Assembly: GCF_009914755.1 (NCBI RefSeq)
Contig: NC_060929.1
Source: the human T2T-CHM13v2.0 reference genome, Homo sapiens
Reading direction: 5' to 3' (one strand)
Length of the DNA: 64,000 nt
Below the pieces are notes generated by a model. The model was not told the DNA's origin, did not search any database, and worked only from the letters and a program-made list of their open reading frames with translations. Positions 48,082 to 64,000 of this stretch are shown here, piece by piece. Made by a program: the position numbers and the translations under genes. The stretch's first letter is position 1. Each line of letters starts with the position of its first letter.

Positions 48082-48881
48082 TCATTTTAGCCACCTTTAT
48101 ATGTATTTCCTTTTTTTCTCCACTGCATTATCTCAGCTCAGGCCTTCATCTCTTACCTTAACCATTTTAGGTGTCTCCTTACTGTTGGTTTTGTTGGTTT
48201 TCTGGTTAATCTTCCATGTTACTGCCAATTTTTGTAATCATGAAGAGATTTTTAAAAACCATTTTATTGTAAATATTACGAAGATTTTTTCTTAAATTTA
48301 AAAATATATAAATAGCCAAGTGAGTAAAAATACTACCTAAAATAAGTTATATGTATACATAAATAAACCTATTTTAAAAGGGAGTATATCTTATATTTCT
48401 TTTATGTCTTATACTGAATATGGTAGATTATTGGCACAAAAAGTACATACTGATTGATAGAAATGGGAAATATACACAGCTTAATGAGATTTCATGTTAA
48501 AACATTTCAGTATACCGTATTTACATTGTCATATCATACCTTTTACAAATTATATTATCTTTTTTTATATCTTTCTTGGCACCTGAAATTACATAATGCT
48601 TAGTAGAGCATTGCTATATAGATAGGAATGTTTTGTAAATATATGTTATTTAATGAATTCCATAATTTATTTCTAAAAAATTCTCTGGCTTTTGCTAATA
48701 AGAAACTATTTCTAGACCTTTCAGTTTCTGTGCTTAATTTGTTAAATACATCCTGTATTCAGAGTTCCGTTACTACTACTTTTTACTATTATGTTTATTT
48801 TAAATTTAATGTTTATATTTATCGAAGGGATACCTGTACATAAACAGTCAAATAGTACTTCAAGGATTATAATGAAAAACT

Positions 48882-49494
<613 letters not shown>

Positions 49495-51510
49495 CAACAA
49501 TCTTCTGCCCCAGTCCTTCTCACCCCTGAATCCCACTCTCCAGAAGCAGTCTTTCTCAATCAGTGCTTTCTGTCTGAATCACTGAACAAGAAAAATGATT
49601 TGAGCAACTATTTTCTTAATTCTCCCAAAGAGGGTAGGTAGCTAATAATATGATGGATGCATAGGAGAGAAGTTAGTTTATTACATAAAATGGAAGCCTT
49701 AGGGCATTAAAGATTAATTCTCTCGCCGAACCTTAATTGAGAAAGGCTGCTCCAGAGTCAGTGACTTCAATTCCTTATCACTTCCAGTTTTTTAAAATGA
49801 CATATTTAGATATATGGCGATATCCCCTCCCCATTCCCATCCTAATGCGATTTGAAGTATAGTTTACTCATTTCCTATTACAGAAGATGGGAGTTTAGGT
49901 TTTTTGTACCAACTCCTACCTTTAAACACTGCATTTCACTTCCCCTCTCCCCTCTATATTCCCAAATTAGTTACATGTTAACTTTTAGTTATTTGGTGTT
50001 TACCTCATTTTAACTATGTAAATATTGTATGTAGCTGAACAAGGTAAGTGTGAGGTTATTTCCTTTCTTGTATAATTTTTGTTTTTCCTAGTTAATATCT
50101 TAATTCTTTTGTACATGTACCTTTTATATTTCTTTATAAATAAATGTTTTATATCTTTTTAATGTGTCTTTTGTATTCTTTATTTGATCTATTAATCTCT
50201 TGAACCAGATACATCAGTCTCCTCTTAGTAGATTCAAACACATCTGATAATCTGTTTTGCGACATCTTTCCTGCCTCCATCTTGATGGGTTGCTCTCTAG
50301 GCCTGTTGCACAACTCTCTTCCTGGACTGCCCTTTTACAGTCATCTGTGAATTGCATTTGTCTCTTCTGTGTGGGTAGCCTCTTTTTCTTGGATTTCAGG
50401 TTTTCCTTTTTCTTGGTGTCTCCCTTATATTGGCAGAGTATGTTTTTGAGTAGCTTCCTGAGAGAGACAGAATGGGATGCACATATTTTGGGTTCTTGCA
50501 TGGTCAACCATTTTTTTATTTAACCCTCACATTTATGATAACCAATCCTTTGATTGTGACCTGTTATATCTCTTTGGAAGCGTTTATATTTATTCAACAA
50601 GTATGTATTGAGCACATTTTATGTGCCGGGCACTGGTCAAGACATTTTGAATATATAGGTGAACAAAAATACAAGATTCATGTCCTTATAGAGCTTAAAT
50701 TCAGGGAGGGAGGAGTTGTTCAACAGCAAATATAATAAATAAATTATAGAAAACATTGGGAGTTTGTAAAGTAAATAACTGCTTTAGAAAAGAGAAAAAA
50801 GAGCAGGCTGGGGTGGGAAGTTCAGGAATGTTGGGGAAAGGAGAGGTAGGGGATGCAGACTGTAGTATTAAATGGGGTGATCCTCCCTTCAACCATTCAG
50901 GTGTTCTGAAATTTCACAATGATGTTGGTTGGTAAGAGTTTTTCATTCATGTGTTGGGCCCCAAATGGGCCCTTTCCATTTGGAGACCATATCCGTGGTT
51001 TATTTGACAGTTTCTTCTTTCCCTCCCTTCCTTCTTTCTGGACTTCTTTTATTAGAATATTAAACCTCATTAGATTGATTCTCTAATTTCTAATATTTTC
51101 TCTCCTGTTTTCTATCCCTTTCTGTTCTGTTTTCTAGGATATTTTCTCAACTTTATTTTATAACACCTTGATTGCATTTTTAAAAATAAACATTTTATTT
51201 TGGAACAGTTTTAGATTTACAGAATTATTGCAGACAGTATAGAGTTCCTATATACTCCACACCCAGTTTATTATTAACATCTTAGATTAATATGGTACAT
51301 TTGTTATAATTAGTGAACTAATATTGATACTTTATTAACTAAAGGCTATACTTTATTCGCATTTCCTCATTTTTCCTCTAATATGCTTTTTCTGTTCCAG
51401 GATCCCATCCAGGATACCACATTACATTGAGTAGTCCTGTCTCCTTAGGCACCTCTTGATTGTGATAGTTCTCAGACATTCCTTGTTTTTGATGCTCTTG
51501 AAAGTTTTGA

Positions 51511-51955
<445 letters not shown>

Positions 51956-52136
51956 AACTTGCCACTTTTAATGTTAACCTTGATCACTTGACTTGAGGTA
52001 GTGTTTGTTAGGTTTCTTCACTTTGAAGTTAGTATTTTCTTTTTTTCTCCCTTTCTGTATTCTTTACTAGAAAGTCACTGTGCGCTGCACACTTAAGGAA
52101 TGGGGAGTTCTACTTCCTTGAGAGCAAAGAGTCTAA

Positions 52137-52739
<603 letters not shown>

Positions 52740-54121
52740 TAGTTTTAGAAACAGCCATTTTTCCAAGGAGACTTGGTTCCTTTTGTTGGAGAATTTTATT
52801 AGAAACCAAGATCTGGGTGCTAAGTATGTTCGTTGCCCCTGGGATGTTACTGCTTCTAGGCCCTCTAAGCTGACAAACACAAGGAGATATGTTAGTATAT
52901 GTGTTTATACTAACCTGTATTACACATATATCTGTAAATATTTCTATGTGTGACCATCGGTATCCATATTAAGCTGAACATGAATTTATATTGATGTCTT
53001 CAGTTCAAATCCATTACCATATAGATTATTTTATCTTCCTCCCCTGCCATAACCTCCTCCTTCAACAGGGAGAAACTTGGCTTCCACGATCAGTCGTCCA
53101 TTTACTTACTTGTTCAATTTCAGTATACAGATATAGTGATTTCAGAATTGTTAACCTGTACCACCATGGAAAACAACTTTATCAACTAGGGTAGAGTGCC
53201 TGTCTTTTCTTTCTTTAGTCTTACATATTCCACTCATTTCCAAAGGTCAGCACCTTATTCCTACGTCCCCTGTGATGAGGTTGTTTCATACATTTGGAAT
53301 ATAGTTAGACTTTTTGTCGCAGTCTGCATGCCAATCTAGGATCCCCCATTCTCCTAAATAATTTTTTGAAAATTTGCATGTTGAGGTTTATTCTTTATGC
53401 TTTGAAGTTATATGGTTATTAACGTGATTATCTTATATTCACCATTACTACCCTAAAAAGTCTGTGCTTCACATATCCAACTCTCCCCCACTTTAAACCA
53501 CTGGCTATCATTGGTGTTTTACTGTCTCTGTAGTTTTACCTTTTCTAGAATGTTACATAATTAGAATCACGTAGTATGTAAATTCTTTCACTTGGCAGTA
53601 TACAGTAAGATTCACTCGTGTTTTTGTGGCTTGATAGCTTCTTTCTTTATATCACTGAATAATATTCCATTGGATAGATGTGTGATGGTTTGTTTATCCA
53701 AATACCTAATGAAGTACATCTTGATTGCTTCCAGTTTTTGGCAGTTATGAATAAACCTGTTTATATGCATTCACATCCAAGTTATTGTGTGAATGTAAAT
53801 TTTCAAATCAGATGAGTAAATACCTAGTAGCACATGATTGCTGGATTATATGGTAGTAGTAAGTTTTGTAAGAGACCGCCAAATAGTCTTCCAAAGCAGC
53901 TATACCATTTTGCATTCTCACTGGCAATAATAAGATTTTCTCTTGTTTGGCATTGTCACAGTGACATTCTAGTAGATGTGAAGTGGGTATCTCATTGTTC
54001 TAATCTGCAGTTCCCTAAAGACAAATGATGTTCAGCATTTTTCATATTCTTATTTTCCATCCTTATATCTTCTTTGGTAAGATGTCCATTCAGTACTTTT
54101 GCCAATTTTAAAATTGGATTA

Positions 54122-54600
54122 TTTTCTTTCTTCTTTTCCTTTTCTTTCACTTTTTGCCTTTTCTCTCCTTTCCTTTCCTTTCCCCTCTTCTCTCCTCTTT
54201 CTCCTCTCCTCTCTCCTTTCTCTTCTCCTCTCCTCTTTCCTTTCCCCTCCTCTTTGCTCTTTCTTTTCCCTTCCCCTCCCCTCCCCTGCCCTCCCCTCCC
54301 CTCCCCCTCCTTTCTTTTCGACAGGGTCTGACTCTGTTGCCCAGGCTGGAGTGCAGTAGCACGCTCATACCTCACTGTAACCTTCAACTCCTGGGCTCAA
54401 GCTATCCTCCCATCTGAGCCTCTCAAGTAGCTAGAACTATAGGTATGCACCCCCACACCTAACTAATTTTTAATTTTTTTCTTAGAGATGAGGTTTCTCT
54501 ATGTTGCCCAGGCTGGTCTTGAACTCCTGGCCTCAAGTGAACTTCCCACCTCAGCTTCTTAAAGTGCTGGGATTACAGGTGTGAGCCACTGTGCCTGGCC
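54122..54600 (-). mobile_element. AluJ with about 200-bp CT-rich tail
   Basis: Dimer; polypyrimidine at 54122-54319; TSD ttggattat. Confidence 0.9.
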
Positions 54601-55052
54601 TTGGATTATCTTCTTGTCAAATTTTAAGAGTTCTTTATAGAGTTTTAGATACAAGTCGTTAATCAGATATGTGTTTTGCAGATATTCCAGTCTATGGCTT
54701 GTCTTCTTATTCTCTTAACAGTATCTTTTGCAGAGTGCAAGTTTTACATTTTAATAAGATCAAACTTACCATTTTTTCTTTCGTGGATCATGGTACTGGT
54801 ATTGTATTTAAAAACTCCTCACCAAACCCAAGGTTATGTAGATTTTCTCCTGTGTTTTCCTGAAGAAATTTTACAATTTTGAATGTTAAGTTTAGGTTAC
54901 CCACTTTGAATATGTTTTTATATAAGGTGTAATGTCTGTGTCTAGGTTCATATTTTTCATAGAGATGTCCAGTTTTTTCAGCACCTGTTATTGAAAAGAC
55001 TGTCCATTCTCCATTGAATTGCCTTTGCTCCTTTGTCAAAGATCGGTGTGGG

Positions 55053-55365
55053 TTTTTTTTTTTTTGGGGGGTCTTTTTTTTTTTATGCAGGGTCTCACTC
55101 TGTTGCCCAGGCTACAGTGCAGTGGTGTAATCATGGCTCTCTGCAGCCTCAGCCTCCCTGGTTTCAGCTGATTCTCCCACCTCAGCCTCCCAAGTAGCTG
55201 GGACTACAGGCGCATGGCACCATGTCCAGCTTATTTTTTATGTTTTGTGGAGACAGAGTTTCTCCATGTTGCCCTGGCCGGTCTTGAACTCCTGGGCTCC
55301 AGCATTCTGCCTGCCTCTGCCTCCCAAGTGCTGGGATTATAGGCGTGAGCCAACCATGCCTGGCC
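55053..55365 (-). mobile_element. AluJ
   Basis: Alu dimer. Confidence 0.85.
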
Positions 55366-55526
55366 ATTTCTGGGGTCTATTCTGTTTTATTGATCTACGT
55401 GTCTGTTCTCTTGCCAATACCAAATTGCCCTGATTACTAGAACCTTCTTGTGCATCTTTAAATTAGGTAGTGTGAGTCCTCCAACTTTGTTCTCCAGTAT
55501 CACTTTAGCTATTCTAGATTCTTTGT

Positions 55527-55663
55527 CTTTTCTTATTTTTATTTTTAGTAGAGACAGGGTTTCACCATGTTGGCCAGGCTGGTCTCGAACTCTTGACCTC
55601 ATGATCCGCCTACCTCAGCCTCCCAGAGTGCTGGGATTACTGGCATGAGCCACTGCGCCTGGC
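55527..55663 (-). mobile_element. Alu left arm
   Basis: Monomer. Confidence 0.85.
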
Positions 55664-55721
55664 TGATTCTTTCTCTTTTCATATAAACTTCAGGATTAGT
55701 TTCTTGAGGCCTACAGAGTAG

Positions 55722-58205
<2,484 letters not shown>

Positions 58206-58437
58206 TATGGGGTTTTCCTTTTCTTGTCTTATTGCGCTAGCCAAGGCTTTCCGTATTATGTTGAATAGGAGTCATGAGAGAAGATATCCTTTCCTTGATC
58301 CCAATACTTGAGGCAAGGCAGTTTCTTATTAAGTATACTGTTAATTGTAGATATTTTATACTTATTCTTTATCAGATTGAAGAAGTTTCCCTCTACTCAT
58401 AGTTTGCTAAGAGTTTTTCTCATGAATGTATATTGTA

Positions 58438-58743
<306 letters not shown>

Positions 58744-59516
58744 ATATTGTTTTTATTAGCATCAATTTATGTGATTATATATGTCTTCCTTAGTTTGTTA
58801 ATATGGTAGATTATATTGATTAATTTTGAAATGTTGAACCAGCCTTGCATACCTGGATAAATCATATTGGTCATGATGTATAATTTTTCAATACATTGTT
58901 GGATTCAATTTGGCACCATTTTCTTGAGCATTTTTATACCTATGTTCATGGGCAATATTGGTCTGTAGTTTTCCTTTCTTGCAGTGTCTTTATCTGGTTT
59001 TGATATTAGGATAATGCTGGTCTTATAGTATAAGTTAGAAGTGTTCCCTCTGCTGCTTTTTTCTGGAAGAGATTATAGAGAATTGGTATTATTTTTTCTT
59101 TAGATGTTTGGCAAAATTCAGCAGTGGATCCATCTGGATCTGGTGATTTATTTTTATGGAACGTTATTAATTATTTATTTAATTTTTAAAATAGATGTAG
59201 GGATTTTGGGTTATCTGTTTCTCCTTGTATGACTTTTGGCCGTTTATATCATTTGAGGAATTGGTTCATTTCATCTAAATTACCAAATTTGTGGGCAGAG
59301 TTGTTAATAATATTCCTTTATTATCTTTTTTGTATCCATGGCATCAGTAGTGATGACTCCTCTTTTATTTTTGTAATTGATCATTTATGTCTCTGTTAAT
59401 TAGCCTGGTTTATCAATTTTATTGGTCTTTTAAAGGAATGAGTTTTTGTTTAATTGGTTTCCTCTATTTCTCTATTGTTTTCCTGTTTTAAATTCCATTG
59501 ATTTCTGCTCCAATTT

Positions 59517-59825
<309 letters not shown>

Positions 59826-59919
59826 GATTTCTGCTCTAATTTTTATTTTCCTACTTGTTTTAGGCCAAAATTATTTTTGTTTTTCTAGTTTCCCAAGGTG
59901 GATGCTTATTGATTTTAGA

Positions 59920-60198
<279 letters not shown>

Positions 60199-60454
60199 TT
60201 CTTTTTCAATATATGCATTTTTAATGCTGTCACTGTCCCTTAAACAGTGCTTTCACTGCAGCTCACAAGCCTTGCTTGAATTTTAAGATTTCTGCGATCA
60301 GGTTCCATGACCTTTTTTTGTTCTCTATATGTAGTTCTTATTTATGGCTTCCTGTTCCTGTTTCATGGTTGCATTGCTTTTTTGTCTCTGAGAATATTAA
60401 TTAGCTTCTTTGAAGTTTTATTCTGCCTCCTGCATTGTGTCTTCCTCCAAATTC

Positions 60455-60824
<370 letters not shown>

Positions 60825-62164
60825 TAAAAATTGAAACAAAAAAAGGTAACATGCTTCATTGAATTAAGATGCCAAACCAATGTTATTGAAAATTCTTCTG
60901 AAGTGTACCTGTTAGTTTTAAGTTTGTTGCCACCATAATTATTGTTCATTTGAAAGTGACCTTTGCTCTCTGGCTGTTCTATCTTTGGGGTTTAGTAGTT
61001 TTACAATAGTGTGTCTAAATGTGGATTTCTCTTTGTATCGTCTGGTGTAATATGTTACCTGTATCTGTTGAGTTGGCTTTTTCATCAATTCTGGAAAAAC
61101 TCCCAGCATTATCTTTTCAAATATAGTTGTTCCATGCTGTCTTTTCTCCTTAGAGTACTCCATTCTCATTTTGTCTTCAATACCTTTTAACCTAGTTTTT
61201 GTATTTTTCTCTTCCTCGTCCCTCTGGGCATTACTTTAGGTAATTTCTTCAGATAGGTCTTCGATGTCATTCAGTTCTCTCTTAAGCTCTGCCTAATTTT
61301 CAAGCCCATTTTTAAAGTATCTCTTATTTATTTATTTGTCTGGACCTCAGATGTCCTTAGTTGATGGCACACAATCATAATTAGTTCTTGTAAAACCCTC
61401 TTATTTGTTTATTGTCTTTTACTCCCGTTTACCCTTCCTAGTCCCCATGCTAGGTAGCCAAACAGATGTGTTTAATAATGTATATTCTTTTGTTTGTATT
61501 TATTATTACAAATTTGTATAGTTTCATTGTATTTTTAAAAAGTAAGAGTTTGCAATGGATTGGAGGTGTAAGAAAAATATTTACCATAGGCAGTTTGAGG
61601 AATGTTGCTGTACAGTGTTTCACCTTCCAGGATTAGCTTAGTTGATTGCTTTCTTTTTATGTTATTTAACTTGTCCCTTATGCTTGACTTTCCTGTAAAC
61701 ATGCAGTTAGTTTGATTAGATTCAGATTCAGTTTTTTTTAGGCAGTAATATTTTTTAGGTGATATTGTTCTTCCACATTTATTGATGGTGAAATTGATTG
61801 TTGGGTTTGGATGTGTTGACTTGATCCCACCATTATAAAGTTCCCCGTAAACCTTTTTCTCTAGCCTTGTAAACATCCATTTATAGCCATTGCCTAGTCT
61901 GTTTATTGCATTCGGGATTATGAAGAGATGAATTAAAAATTTTTAACATCCTTTTGTACTTATTAACTGGAATTCTTATCTAAAGAACTTTTCATCAGTA
62001 ATTATTTTGTTACAAAGTATATTTTGTAAATAAAGGGCAGGATAAATTTTTCTCTTTTAATGACAAAGCTTTATTGAAATATAACAGAGGCTTAATCACA
62101 TCATATACCATGCTCATGAATTGGAAATTTCAATATTATTAAGGACAGGGTTCCCCGGATTGAG

Positions 62165-62191
62165 ATATATATATATATATGTGTGTGTGTG

Positions 62192-62224
<33 letters not shown>

Positions 62225-62225
62225 T

Positions 62226-62273
<48 letters not shown>
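62165..62273. repeat. Compound (TA)n(TG)n(TA)n microsatellite at an L1 tail
   Basis: Seen directly. Confidence 0.95.
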
Positions 62274-62274
<1 letters not shown>

Positions 62275-63210
62275 AAATTAAATTTAAAGTTCCAGGATAC
62301 ATGTGCAGGATGTGCAGGTTTGTTACATAGGTAAACGTGTGCCACGGTGGTTTGCTGCACCTGTCAACCCATCATCTAGATATTAAGCCCCACATGCATT
62401 ATTTATCCTGATGCTCTCCCCTCACCACCACCCCCCCACCCCAGCAGGCCCCAGTGTGTCTGGTTCCCCTCCCTGTGTCCACGTGTTCTCATTGTTCACC
62501 TCCCACTTATTTTAAGTGAGAACATGAGGTGTTTGGTTTTCTGTTCTTGCATTAGTTTGCTGAGAATAATGGCTTTTAGCCTCATCCATGTACCTGCAAA
62601 GGACATGATATTGTTCCTTTTTATGACCACATAGTATTCTATGGTGTTATATATACCACATTTTCTTTATCCAGTCTATCATTGATGGGCATTTGGGTTG
62701 ATTCCATGTCTTTGCTATTGTGAACATACACATGCATGTATCTTTATAATAGAATGATTTCTATTCCTTTGGGTGTATACCAGTAATTGGATTTTGCTGT
62801 GACAAATGGTATATCTGATTCTAGGTCTTTGAGGAATCGCTACACTGTCTTTGCATAGAAGTGTTCCTATTTCTCCACAGCCTCACCAGCATCTGTTGTT
62901 TCTTGACTTTTTAATGATTGCCATTCTGACTGGCCTGAGATGGTATCTCATTGTGGTTTTAATTTGCATTTCTCTAATGATCAGTGATGTTGAGCCCTTT
63001 TATGTTCATTGGCCATATAAATGTCTTTTTTTTTTTTTCCTTTTTCTGGAGAATGGGGTCTCGCTATATTGCCCAGGCAGGTCTCGAACTCCTGGGCTCA
63101 AGCTATCCTCCTGCCTCTTGCCTCCCTGAGAGCTGGGATTACAGGTGTGAGCCACTGCGCCCGGCCACACATAAATGTCTTCTTTTGAAAAGTGCCTGTC
63201 ATGTCCTTGG
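62275..63210 (-). mobile_element. Older L1PA 3' end with a FLAM-like insert (63025-63165)
   Basis: L1 3'UTR and ORF2 end; insert TSD cataaatgtctt. Confidence 0.88.
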
Positions 63211-63678
63211 GTAGGATAAATTCTTGATTTTTTTCCTTTAATTGATCAATTCTCAGAATAATTGGTTAGTGCCCTGCTAACCCTCCAATGAGTGGTATGT
63301 TTTGTTTTTGTCTTTAGTATGATTTGATCTTTTGTTTTTTTTAAAAAAATCTATTTGATTTGTGTTTAGTCCTTCACAGTTTTCATTCATTTGATGCTCA
63401 CTTGTCCCATTTAAGCCAGTGCCCTTCAACTTGGCTTTTGTCCTTTTGATATTATCCCATTACTTATTGACAGATTCCTGTGAGGTTTCTCGGGCTTATT
63501 TGGTGGAGTTTCTGTTCCAGACCAGAGGTTCGTCTACTTTTTTCATCTTTTCATAAAACTAACTTTTAGTTTCTTGTGCCTCTGTCGTATGCTTTTTTTT
63601 TTTTTTTTTTTTTTGAATTTTTGCTCTTAGTTTATTAGTTTTCAGTCTTTCTTCTTTTGTAGTATAAGTGTCTAAGGT

Positions 63679-63998
<320 letters not shown>

Positions 63999-64000
63999 AA

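Noticed and set aside
53992-54417. Low-complexity ORFs on both strands
   Set aside because: Derived from the CT-rich tail of an AluJ

Overview
This is primate, most likely human, genomic DNA. It is repeat-dense, with about 45 Alu/FAM/FLAM copies plus L1, MaLR and ERV1 LTRs, MIR, L2 and hAT elements. I find no intact cellular protein-coding exon. A CpG-island promoter at about 43.5-44.7 kb has a non-coding first exon ending in a GT donor at 44143, and the rest of the window reads as intron 1 of a + strand gene. From memory, unverified, the exon resembles the SLC35A3 5'UTR. Nearly all ORFs in the supplied track are Alu, L1 or low-complexity artefacts. I see no new enzymatic or defence-type system; the unusual biology is retrotransposition and repair history. 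(1) A 9-kb composite of AluS + full-length L1PA + 2.2-kb polyadenylated unique tail + AluY lies inside one 15-bp TSD (probable 3' transduction). (2) A U6/L1 chimeric retrocopy is present. (3) A ~600-bp segment was inserted inverted into its own template. (4) A HERV-E provirus has collapsed to 4 bp of 5' LTR plus PPT and 3' LTR. (5) A truncated L1PA shares private-looking variants with the full-length L1 about 29 kb away and is joined near-collinearly to an older L1. Subfamily calls and most repeat boundaries are by-eye and approximate.
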